Source of the DNA: Promethearchaeota archaeon
Lineage (GTDB): Archaea > Asgardarchaeota > Lokiarchaeia > Sigyniarchaeales > SOKP01
Direction of reading: 5' to 3'
DNA length: 16,748 nt
NCBI GenBank assembly: GCA_016839705.1
Contig: JAEOTR010000069.1
Coordinates: 1 to 16,748 of the forward strand
The translations under genes were made by a program, and so were the position numbers. Shown one piece after another: positions 1 to 8,217 of this stretch. Below the pieces are notes generated by a model, which searched no databases, was not told the DNA's origin, and worked only from the letters and a program-made list of their open reading frames with translations. The first letter of the stretch is position 1. Each line of letters begins with the position of its first letter.

Positions 1-61
1 AACATTTTGTTAAACAAGCTATTCCACATGTATCCCTCTTACAATTTTCTTCTAAAAACAT
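1..61 (-). CDS. 5' end of a probable Fe-S binding protein, running off the left edge of the window
   Basis: Not in the ORF track. The minus strand from ATG at 61-59 reads MFLEENCKRDTCGIACLTKC with no stop, giving four Cys in a ferredoxin-like cluster. AGGAGG lies 6 nt upstream, and the orientation matches the upstream Fe-S gene. Confidence 0.75.
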   Translation of the reverse strand, partial: MFLEENCKRDTCGIACLTKC

Positions 62-67
62 TTTTTT

Positions 68-73
68 CCTCCT
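68..73 (-). promoter_or_regulatory. Shine-Dalgarno site AGGAGG for the edge gene
   Basis: Plus-strand cctcct at 68-73, 6 nt from the ATG, in an otherwise very AT-rich spacer. Confidence 0.7.
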
Positions 74-144
74 TTTTCTAATTTAAATGCATTTTTATTT
101 TGATTGTCTTTCTATTTTATTTACTTATTTTTTTATTTCAATTT

Positions 145-1356
145 CTATAATATTTCTTTTAATAAATTCACTAAATCCATGAGTTGGATATCATAATTAT
201 GTTCTTTTATGGCATCTGCGAAATTACGCTCACAGAATGGACAAGTAGTGACCAATATTTCTGCTTCTGTTTCTAATGCTTCTTCAACGCGATTGCTTGC
301 CATTTCCAAAGCCCACTCAGAAAATCCAGCTTTAACACCTCCTCCAGCACCGCAACATGTTGCATCTCCCTTAATTTTGCGCATTTCTTCTAACTCAATC
401 CCAGGAATACTTTTAATAATTTCTCTTGGTTCATCATACATTCCAGCATGGCGACCGAGATGGCATGGATCGTGATAGGTAACTTTTCTCTTTCCATTTG
501 AATTCCTTTTAAATTCAATTTTTCCTTCATCTAGGAGCCTTTTGATATATTCTGAAATATGGAGAACTTCAAAGGGTAAATTATCTTCCGAAGCTTCATT
601 GTAAAGAATTCTCGAGTAATCTTCTTTAATGGTTCGATAACAACCTGCACAAGAAGTAACAATGGTTTTTATATTTTTATTTCTAAATAATTCAAGATTA
701 TGCTGGGCTTGGTTTATTGCGATTTCTCTTTGCCCTGTTCTAAGTAGTGGTGATCCGCAGCACCATTCCTCCTGAAAGATGGAGAATTTGACGCCTATTT
801 TCTGGAGAACTTCAAAAGTATTTCTAGCTAATTCTTTTTCACGATAGGATGATGTACAGCCTACAAAATATCCAATTTCTGGATCTTCGGGATTTTCAAA
901 ATCATCAGGGAGCCAAGATAACCTATCTTCATGTTTTTCAAGATATGGATTATGCTCTTTAGCAGTATGATTTCCGAAATTAATAGCATTTTCCGTACAA
1001 AATCCATTTTTAAATGCTTCAGCCCGTGCAAATTCAATTATATCTACTGCAAATTCTGATCCCAATTTTCGGCTCAGGAGTTTACAATTCTCACCACAGT
1101 TTCCACATGTAGTGCAAGCATATAGAATTTTACTCATATGGTCACTCCATTCGAGTTCATTAGACATTAACCCGTAAATTAACCACAGGCGTCCGCCCGT
1201 ACTGAAAGATTCAAATTTGAACTTTTTATAACTCGGGCAGTTAATGTCTATACTATCACTCGTGAATTTGCAATAACCACATCTAAAGCACCTGTGTATC
1301 ATTTGTTCATAATATTTTAATCCCAACTCTTCTCGACTTTTTTGGTTTGATAACAT
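145..1356 (-). CDS. Fe-S oxidoreductase subunit, GlcF/GlpC/HdrD-like (2x[4Fe-4S] domain plus two CCG domains)
   Basis: Ferredoxin motifs CFRCGYC...CP and CTTCGNCGENC. CCG-domain motifs YFVGC, WCCGSP, TSCAGC, YHDPCHLGR, CCGAGGG and TTCPFC. Confidence 0.92.
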   Translation of the reverse strand: MLSNQKSREELGLKYYEQMIHRCFRCGYCKFTSDSIDINCPSYKKFKFESFSTGGRLWLIYGLMSNELEWSDHMSKILYACTTCGNCGENCKLLSRKLGSEFAVDIIEFARAEAFKNGFCTENAINFGNHTAKEHNPYLEKHEDRLSWLPDDFENPEDPEIGYFVGCTSSYREKELARNTFEVLQKIGVKFSIFQEEWCCGSPLLRTGQREIAINQAQHNLELFRNKNIKTIVTSCAGCYRTIKEDYSRILYNEASEDNLPFEVLHISEYIKRLLDEGKIEFKRNSNGKRKVTYHDPCHLGRHAGMYDEPREIIKSIPGIELEEMRKIKGDATCCGAGGGVKAGFSEWALEMASNRVEEALETEAEILVTTCPFCERNFADAIKEHNYDIQLMDLVNLLKEIL

Positions 1357-1359
1357 TTT

Positions 1360-2730
1360 TTACACCTCCCAATTTCCGGGGTTCATTATTCCATTTGGAT
1401 CTAAAAGATTTCGAACTCGTTTAAATAATCCCTTAAATTGCGGATCTGCTTTTTCCATAGTGAGTTTTTGACCTATTAATTCTGTTTTCCAGGGAACTCC
1501 GCCTATTTCCAAAACCATTTTATTCGTTTCTTCTAACCCTTCCCTAGCATTTTTCCTATCATCAGGATCTGCCCGATTAAACGGGAATGTTACGGAAAAC
1601 ATGACCGCATGACCGCTTCCTATTATTCTACATAATAATGATGGTACTAACCCATATTTTTCTGAAATTAATACTCCTTTTTCGATTGCTTCAGGAATTT
1701 TTTCCAATGGAATAAATGAGCCCACATATTCGAAACCACCTCCCTTTCTCCAGTCTGCTGCAAATGCAGCGGTATATTGGGGATGGTCCATCATATAAGT
1801 CCTTGTTTGACCCTGTATTGGAGCTGCTTGAGTGTTATTTTCTTTAAATATCTTTTCTATCGTAGTCCTTTTTAAATCCATTTCTTCTGTTGAGTTTCCG
1901 GTGATATATACCATAACAGCGCAAAATTGTTTCATATTACTGGGAGTATGGGAATGTCCTATCATAACATCTTCTGCGAATTCCGTAAAGGTTATTTTAG
2001 ACATTAAATTTGGAAGCCCATTAAAATCTTGAGTAAGTCCGAAAATTATGTCCCGTTCTTTTGGTTTAGGAAATAATTTTATGGACACTTTTGTAATAAC
2101 CCCCATAGTGCCGAAACTGCTTGTGAATAAACCAATTAAATCTGGGATAGGTGCTTTTGAAAACCAATATTCTGAAATTGCACAAGAACCCAATTTGGTT
2201 ATTTCTCCTGTAGGTAGCACGACTTCTAAGCCATTAATCATGCTTGCATGGTGTCCAAACTTCTGGGAGAGAGAACCTGATCCGTGAATTAATACGTTCC
2301 CTGCAATAGTTGCAGATGTTGGTGCGTCAGGAATCGGAGCTTGTAAATTTGGATGATATTCTTTCAAATATGATACTAGTGATCCTGTTGTTACACCCGC
2401 TTCTAAAACTGCATATCGTCCCAAACTATTAATTTCTAGAATTTTATCCATTCTTTTCATATCTATGACGATTCCTTTATGAACAGGAAGGATCAATCCA
2501 CTTAAAGTAAGACCTCCTCCCATAGGAATTAGAGGGATTATTTCTTTATTTGCTAGTTTTACGATTTTTTGTATTTCCTCAACAGTTTTAGGCATCACCA
2601 CGAAATCGACAGAACGGGGTTCAGAAGCCCCAGGGTCTTGTGAATATATGAAAAGCTCTTCTGGTTTATTTGAAGCAAAGTCTTTTCCGACAATATCTTC
2701 TAAATCTCTTAAAATGCTTTCTTTTTTCAT
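1360..2730 (-). CDS. FAD-linked oxidoreductase, VAO/PCMH superfamily (GlcD-like scaffold), substrate unknown
   Basis: FAD-binding motifs PMGGGLTLSG, EAGV, SATIAGN, GLEVVLPTG, GTMGVITK and the terminal LDPNGIMNPG. The GEHG and HxGDGNxH motifs are absent. Confidence 0.9.
   Translation of the reverse strand: MKKESILRDLEDIVGKDFASNKPEELFIYSQDPGASEPRSVDFVVMPKTVEEIQKIVKLANKEIIPLIPMGGGLTLSGLILPVHKGIVIDMKRMDKILEINSLGRYAVLEAGVTTGSLVSYLKEYHPNLQAPIPDAPTSATIAGNVLIHGSGSLSQKFGHHASMINGLEVVLPTGEITKLGSCAISEYWFSKAPIPDLIGLFTSSFGTMGVITKVSIKLFPKPKERDIIFGLTQDFNGLPNLMSKITFTEFAEDVMIGHSHTPSNMKQFCAVMVYITGNSTEEMDLKRTTIEKIFKENNTQAAPIQGQTRTYMMDHPQYTAAFAADWRKGGGFEYVGSFIPLEKIPEAIEKGVLISEKYGLVPSLLCRIIGSGHAVMFSVTFPFNRADPDDRKNAREGLEETNKMVLEIGGVPWKTELIGQKLTMEKADPQFKGLFKRVRNLLDPNGIMNPGNWEV
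1363..1369 (-). promoter_or_regulatory. Shine-Dalgarno GGAGGTG inside the last codons of the FAD oxidase gene, serving the Fe-S subunit
   Basis: Minus strand reads TGG GAG GTG TAA AAA ATG. Confidence 0.75.
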
Positions 2731-2758
2731 TTAAATCATTCTGAAACTTTGGTTCTAT

Positions 2759-2776
2759 AATGAATATATATTCATT
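2759..2776. promoter_or_regulatory. Perfect 18-bp palindrome, candidate operator upstream of the FAD oxidase/Fe-S genes
   Basis: aatgaatatatattcatt is its own reverse complement and lies 29-46 nt upstream of the ATG at 2730. Confidence 0.5.
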
Positions 2777-2820
2777 TATTTCTAAATGTATTTAAAATTA
2801 ATTATTTAATAAATGGATTA

Positions 2821-2854
2821 AAGAGCGATTAAGTGTTTTAATAGAAGAGCGATT
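2821..2854. repeat. 10-bp direct repeat aagagcgatt, two copies
   Basis: Exact copies at 2821-2830 and 2845-2854, 24-bp period. Confidence 0.6.
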
Positions 2855-2858
2855 CTAT

Positions 2859-3242
2859 TCATGCTTCTATCAAGTCCCTGCTAGCGATTATATTCACATC
2901 TAATCCTATTACTTTTTCAATTAACACGTCTCCCATTTTAATGGGAGGTTTAACTTCTGTCATTGCAATTTCTCTTAAAGTATCTTGAAGTTTCTCTTTA
3001 GGGATAGGGATGTCTGATCTTACAGGTATTAATGGGAGGAAACCATTTTTCACCCTAATAGTTGTTGTAAGAATTCTTTTTGGAGCAATAAATTCTTCTC
3101 GGCCATACACTTCTCCCCTTTTACATGAATGCCCTTCAATAATTAGTTCACCATTAACATTTTCAACATGAACTAAACAACCTGTAGGACATACTATACA
3201 GCGAATATCTTTACTTCCTTCTGGAATTTCTGACTCTGACAT
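2859..3242 (-). CDS. DUF1667-type small Cys-rich (probable Fe-S) subunit
   Basis: Motifs CIVCPTGC and CKRG..Y, then PKRILTTT and the terminal IIASR. It is the third gene of the GlpA-like/oxidoreductase/DUF1667 triad. Confidence 0.88.
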   Translation of the reverse strand: MSESEIPEGSKDIRCIVCPTGCLVHVENVNGELIIEGHSCKRGEVYGREEFIAPKRILTTTIRVKNGFLPLIPVRSDIPIPKEKLQDTLREIAMTEVKPPIKMGDVLIEKVIGLDVNIIASRDLIEA

Positions 3243-3259
3243 TTATCTAACCTTTAAAA

Positions 3260-4558
3260 TCAGTCTTCTTCAATTAAAACCTCTGGACGAGGTATTACTT
3301 CAATTTCTATATTTCTACAAGAAGGATCGATTGGTAATTCACTTAAATTTAATTTTATTTCAAGCATTTCACTAGGAATTACATAACTTCTCTTTCTTTT
3401 AAATAAGACCTTGTTATTTTCGTCTTTAAATTGAATTTGAATCCTTCTATCTGGTCTTTTTGCACGAAAAGTAAAAATTATATCTTTATCTAATTCAGAT
3501 TTTTTGATTAAATCAGGTTTCACATATCCGACATTTTCACCAGGAACACACGTAATTAGTCCTACTTTTTCTTGTTCTCTACCATATCTATTTTTAATGT
3601 AATCTATGGCATTTAATCCTGCTCGTTTGGCTTCAGCTGTAACTAGATCAACAAGATCATGGACCTGCAAAACATTTCCGCAGGCAAATACCCCCTTTAT
3701 GGTAGTTTCTAAATTATTATCTATAATAGGACCACCCATTTCTGAAATTTTTGCCCCTGCTTCTCTTGTTAATTCATTTTCGGGTATTAATCCAACTGAC
3801 AACAATAGGGTGTCGCATTCAATAAACTTCTCAGAGCCTATAACTCTATCGAAATTTCTGTCGACTTTTGAGATGGTTACACCTTTCACTCTATCTCTCC
3901 CATGAATTTTTGTAACTGTATAACTTGTTATAAGTGGAATTCCGTAATCTTCTAAACACTGCACTTGATTTCTTATTAACCCACTTACATAGGGTAAGAT
4001 TTCAACAACTGCTTTCACTTGACATCCTTCCCAGGTTAAACGTCGAGCCATTATCATACCGATATCTCCACTACCTAAGATTACATAAGACCTACCTGGA
4101 AGATAACCTTCAATATTTACAAATCTTTGGGCTTGTCCCGCGGTATATATTCCCGCAGGACGAAAACCTGGCATATTAATTGACCCTCTCGTTCTTTCAC
4201 GGCACCCCATAGCAAGAATAATCGCTTTAGCTTTAATTTCGATGAGCCCCTCTTTATTATTTACCGCGTATACTGTTTTTTCAGGTGTAAATTCAATTAC
4301 CATTGTATCTAGTTTATAAGGAATTTCTAACTCTTTGACTTGGTTAATAAACCTTTGAACATATTCCGGTCCTGTTAATTCTTCTTCAAATTCATGAAGA
4401 CCAAATCCATTATGTATGCACTGAAGAGTAATTCCTCCCAATTCTTTGTCACGTTCCAGAATCAAAACATTCAATCCCGCCTTATTAACGACTATAGCCG
4501 CAGCTAAGCCTGCAGAACCACCACCAATTACTACAACATCTACTTCGTAATTATTCAT
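3260..4558 (-). CDS. NAD(P)/FAD-dependent pyridine nucleotide-disulfide oxidoreductase family subunit
   Basis: Motifs GGGSAG (FAD), QCIHNGFG, AMGCRER, GSGDIG (NAD) and FACGNVLQVHDLVD. ATGA overlap with the upstream gene at 4555-4558 and GGAGGTG at 4569-4575. Confidence 0.92.
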   Translation of the reverse strand: MNNYEVDVVVIGGGSAGLAAAIVVNKAGLNVLILERDKELGGITLQCIHNGFGLHEFEEELTGPEYVQRFINQVKELEIPYKLDTMVIEFTPEKTVYAVNNKEGLIEIKAKAIILAMGCRERTRGSINMPGFRPAGIYTAGQAQRFVNIEGYLPGRSYVILGSGDIGMIMARRLTWEGCQVKAVVEILPYVSGLIRNQVQCLEDYGIPLITSYTVTKIHGRDRVKGVTISKVDRNFDRVIGSEKFIECDTLLLSVGLIPENELTREAGAKISEMGGPIIDNNLETTIKGVFACGNVLQVHDLVDLVTAEAKRAGLNAIDYIKNRYGREQEKVGLITCVPGENVGYVKPDLIKKSELDKDIIFTFRAKRPDRRIQIQFKDENNKVLFKRKRSYVIPSEMLEIKLNLSELPIDPSCRNIEIEVIPRPEVLIEED

Positions 4559-6027
4559 CCTTCATTGGCACCTCCAGAAATGTCTCTTAAAGCGATATCT
4601 TTTGTTTTTCCGACTAGGATATTAGTATCCTCCCCTCTTTTTGTTATTTCTTCATATTGTATACCTAATTCCCTTGCTAAGATCTCAATAACACGGGGAC
4701 GACAAAAACCTCCTTGGCATCTACCCATACCTGGTCTACAACGGAATTTTATTCCATCAACAGTTTTAGATCCAACAGGTGCGCGGATTGCGTCTATTAT
4801 TTCTTTCTCAGGAATAGTTTCACATCTACAAATGATCCTTCCCCACGCAGGGTCTTTATGTATCTTAGCATCAAGTTCTTCTTTAGTGAAATCTTTGAAA
4901 CGATCGGGTTTAGGTCGAATAGGATTATAGTCTTCTCGTACTTTTAATTCTAATCCTAGCAATTCAAGAAAATCAACTACTTTCTCAGCAATAGCAAAAG
5001 TTGCAGTTAAACCCGGAGATAGAATACCCGCTACGTTTATAAAACCATAAACATCAGTGTTATCTATAATAAAGTCATATGTATCTGGTACAGCTCTAAT
5101 ACCTGCAAAATTTCTAATTGAACTCCTCAAGGGTAGATTAGGAACTAATTTTTTAGCACCCTCTAAAATTTCCTTTAAGCCTGCTGTTGTTGTTGAGAGA
5201 TCTTCACGATCTGTTATATTTTGAGCATTAGGGCCAATGAAAGTATTACCATGTAAAGTGGGGCAGACTAGTATTCCCTTTGAAACCTTAGTGGCCATAG
5301 GAAAAAGCACCTTATTTAGTTGGATGGCATTTCTATCAAATAATATATATTCACCCTTTCGGGGTAATATACTGAAATAATCCAATCCTAACATTTTAGA
5401 TATTTTAGAACTAAATAACCCTGCGGCATTAATTAGATTCCTTCCTTGAAATTCTCCACCATAGGTTCTTACAGTAAATATGTAATCTTGATGTTTGATT
5501 TTTATAACTTCATGATTCCTGAAAAAGTTCACCCCATTCATAGCCGCATTTTCAGCTAAAGCGAAGGTTAATTCGTATGGACTTACAATACCAGCAGAAG
5601 GAGCATGTAAAACACCAACAACATCTTCTGTTAAGTTTGGTTCCATATCTAGTATCGTATCTTTGTCAAATATTAATTCTAAATCGGGTATCCCATCTTC
5701 AATGCCCTTTTTCCTTACTTCATCTAATTGTTTAATCTGATCATCTTCTAAAGCAACTACAAAAGAACCAATTCGTTTAAATGGAAAATTTAATTCCTTT
5801 ACTGCTTGGGTATAAAGGTTATTTCCTTTAATACACAAATATCGCTTAATGTATTCTCTAGCTGATGAATAACCCGCATGAACAACTCCTGAGTTAGCTT
5901 TTGTCGTTCCTGAGGCAATCTCTGCTTCTTTTTCCAACACACATATCTTTAAATCATACTTTGACAGTGTTCGGGCTATGCAACAGCCTGTGACTCCTCC
6001 GCCTATTATGATAACGTCATAAATCAA
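4555..6027 (-). CDS. glpA: FAD-dependent oxidoreductase with C-terminal BFD-like [2Fe-2S] domain; probable anaerobic glycerol-3-phosphate dehydrogenase subunit (GlpA/LhgO family)
   Basis: Motifs GGGVTG, TTKANSGVVHAG, PRKGEY, GPNA, FAGIRA and SPGLTA; BFD motif CRCE...GMGRCQGGFC. TTG start with an in-frame stop six codons upstream. The family call is secure; the substrate is inferred from gene context. Confidence 0.8.
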   Translation of the reverse strand: MIYDVIIIGGGVTGCCIARTLSKYDLKICVLEKEAEIASGTTKANSGVVHAGYSSAREYIKRYLCIKGNNLYTQAVKELNFPFKRIGSFVVALEDDQIKQLDEVRKKGIEDGIPDLELIFDKDTILDMEPNLTEDVVGVLHAPSAGIVSPYELTFALAENAAMNGVNFFRNHEVIKIKHQDYIFTVRTYGGEFQGRNLINAAGLFSSKISKMLGLDYFSILPRKGEYILFDRNAIQLNKVLFPMATKVSKGILVCPTLHGNTFIGPNAQNITDREDLSTTTAGLKEILEGAKKLVPNLPLRSSIRNFAGIRAVPDTYDFIIDNTDVYGFINVAGILSPGLTATFAIAEKVVDFLELLGLELKVREDYNPIRPKPDRFKDFTKEELDAKIHKDPAWGRIICRCETIPEKEIIDAIRAPVGSKTVDGIKFRCRPGMGRCQGGFCRPRVIEILARELGIQYEEITKRGEDTNILVGKTKDIALRDISGGANEG

Positions 6028-6094
6028 GTGAACGAGACCCTTTCAACTAATCTTGTTTTTTCACTAATATCTATAAATAAATTCTAATCTTGAA

Positions 6095-6117
6095 GAATTT
6101 AAATACCTTTTAAATTC
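6095..6117. promoter_or_regulatory. 9-5-9 inverted repeat overlapping a BRE/TATA-like element upstream of the glpA-like operon
   Basis: gaatttaaa-tacct-tttaaattc. The minus strand reads AAAAGG-TATTTAAAT. Confidence 0.5.
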
Positions 6118-6161
6118 GGTACTAGGAAAACTAGAAATTCCAAAAGTTCGATGATTGTATC

Positions 6162-6482
6162 TTAAAAAACATAAATAGCCAAAAACCAAAAAATATTAAA
6201 AATAATGGCTGAGAGGATTAAAATTTTAGTAAATGGGTTAAAAATCGTATTTTTTAAGGATCGAGTGAGGTTCGATTCATGTTCATGAGCAAGTAAATCT
6301 TTAACTTGATTATAATTAGGATTCATCTCTTTTTTCAGATGAATAGAGCCCAAAAATTTGGGATTCGATAAATTTTTAATAAGATGAGAAATATTATTGA
6401 AAGGGATTAAATGATTCCTATTAATTGAATTATATTCTTTATTTTCCAAAGAGTTCTTCTCATCGTTTTCTATCTCTTTCAT
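6162..6482 (-). CDS. Hypothetical small protein with a single C-terminal transmembrane helix (tail-anchored topology)
   Basis: 106 aa, ATG start, polar Asn-rich N-terminus, ending in ILILSAIIFNIFWFLAIYVF. It fills the gap between genes in the same orientation as its neighbours. Confidence 0.7.
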   Translation of the reverse strand: MKEIENDEKNSLENKEYNSINRNHLIPFNNISHLIKNLSNPKFLGSIHLKKEMNPNYNQVKDLLAHEHESNLTRSLKNTIFNPFTKILILSAIIFNIFWFLAIYVF

Positions 6483-6627
6483 ACGTTTTTCCTTTACTTA
6501 TGATACTTTAGTATCTAATTCAATATTAACAAATCTAATTTCTCTTAAATTTTTTATGGTTATGAAAATGAAATTCAAAATATTTATGGAATATGAACTG
6601 AAAATTACACTCAAAAAAATATTAAAC

Positions 6628-7020
6628 CTATTTTGTGTTATCTTCTAAGGAACTCTTAATGGAGTTAACGAAAGTATCGAAAAGTCCCACATCACTATCC
6701 CATTTCTTTAACATTTCTTCAGGATATAATTCAAAAAATTTCTCCGAAATAGCATCTAATTCCTTCTGAACTTTTTTTACCTTTATCTTGCTTGATGAAT
6801 TTGCAACAAAAAGAAAGTGGTTTCTCTTTACAATTGAAAAACGAATATTACTTAACTCGAAGTTTGAAATCCCACCCTCAGTAAGTTTTTCTGCAAATGT
6901 ATTTAGAGCACTCATAAGAGCACCAAAGAGTTGAGGATTAACTCTTGGATCTATAACACGACTATAAACAGTTGTCCCACTTTCAGTTAAAATCCATAAA
7001 TCCCGTAGTACTTTTGTCAT
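6628..7020 (-). CDS. Stand-alone longin-like domain protein (Asgard eukaryotic signature type)
   Basis: Pattern LWILTESGTTVYS (beta hairpin), QLFGALMSALNTFAEKL (helix), three short strands, then ELDAISEKFFELY and LFDTF helices, which fits longin topology. The ATG at 7020 is preferred; the ORF track uses GTG at 7032. Confidence 0.75.
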   Translation of the reverse strand: MTKVLRDLWILTESGTTVYSRVIDPRVNPQLFGALMSALNTFAEKLTEGGISNFELSNIRFSIVKRNHFLFVANSSSKIKVKKVQKELDAISEKFFELYPEEMLKKWDSDVGLFDTFVNSIKSSLEDNTK

Positions 7021-7162
7021 ATTATTACCCACTTAAAGTTTTGTTAAGTTAATAACTTATTTTAAAACAATAGTGATGTGTGATATTATGTATAATAATC
7101 TAATAAATTAAGAATTAATGATTTTGAATAGCATTTAATCTCTGTGGGGATATAATTACCTT

Positions 7163-8059
7163 TTATATTATCTTCATTAATATTTCTTTAATATGATTTA
7201 CAGAAGTAGAAAGATGTGCTTCACTAGAATAAAATTTAGCTTCGCAACTAGGAATTTCTTGGCATACTGATTGTGCCATCTTTTTTGGAACACTTGTGTC
7301 TATATCACCATGCCATAAATAAACTTTGACATCCGGGGAAATATCACTTAGCTTAAAATCCCAAGGTTTGACAAATAATTGAGCTTCATGAAAAGGACCA
7401 TTGACACCTTGGCGAAATGGTTCCATCATTAATGGTACATACATACTAAGCTTTTTTTTATCTTCAAAAAATTTCTTATCTGGTTCAGGCAAATTTTTAC
7501 CTCTTTTTCGAAACAATCTAATTATATCATCAATATTTTTCTCTACCAACTTTTTTGAAAACTTTGCTTGAATCTTAAATAACAATTTCAAACGGTTTGG
7601 ATGTTTTTGAGCTAATTCTAATTCCTTTCTATTATTTTTTGCCATTCCCTCAATACCTAGTACAATAGGACCTAATCCCGAAACAATCCCACATGAAATC
7701 ACACGTTTTGGATTCTTATAAGCACATGCTAAAGAAAAGGGGGCTCCACCGGAACCACCCAACACTGAAAATTTATCAATTTGAAGTGAATTAGCAAATT
7801 CAATTATGTCAGAGGACCAACTAAGAATCGAGTGGTTTGCTGTAAAGTCAGAAAGACCAAATCCTGGTCTATCTATGGCAATTAAATGAACCTGATTTTT
7901 TATCTCTTCAATATCATATATTTTAGGCTCAAGACGAGAAGATCGATGGCCATGGAAGTAAAAAATAGGTTTTCCTGTAACTGCCCCATACTCCGCGTAA
8001 CCAAGTTTACGTCCATCTTCTAATGTAAATAATTGATTTAATAACTCTTCTTCTACCAT
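7163..8059 (-). CDS. Alpha/beta fold hydrolase
   Basis: Motifs DGRKLGYAEYG, YFHG, IDRPGFGLS, nucleophile elbow GGSGG, acid in HGDIDTSVP and catalytic His in EAHLS. Confidence 0.92.
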   Translation of the reverse strand: MVEEELLNQLFTLEDGRKLGYAEYGAVTGKPIFYFHGHRSSRLEPKIYDIEEIKNQVHLIAIDRPGFGLSDFTANHSILSWSSDIIEFANSLQIDKFSVLGGSGGAPFSLACAYKNPKRVISCGIVSGLGPIVLGIEGMAKNNRKELELAQKHPNRLKLLFKIQAKFSKKLVEKNIDDIIRLFRKRGKNLPEPDKKFFEDKKKLSMYVPLMMEPFRQGVNGPFHEAQLFVKPWDFKLSDISPDVKVYLWHGDIDTSVPKKMAQSVCQEIPSCEAKFYSSEAHLSTSVNHIKEILMKII

Positions 8060-8217
8060 GATAATTCCAAAGTTTTTATGGATATCATAATTTAATTTTC
8101 AGTTTTTAAATATTTTTTCAGACGTCAAAGGAAAAATCATTATAAGAATTAACAAGCAAAAATATTATATTCCTAACTTTTACATTAATAAGCATTAAAT
8201 AAAGATTATATTTTCTA

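Noticed and set aside
1360-2730. Alkyl-DHAP synthase (ether lipid) assignment for the FAD oxidase
   Set aside because: The HHH catalytic motif of that family is absent.
4551-4565. Mini-ORF MKDE just after the GGAGGTG site on the minus strand
   Set aside because: The SD spacing of 3 nt is too short; the ATG at 4558 fits better.
209-4947. Plus-strand ORFs 209-475, 1832-2032, 2048-2287, 3606-3905, 3934-4179, 4565-4930 and 4714-4947
   Set aside because: All lie antisense within well-supported genes and show no recognisable motifs.
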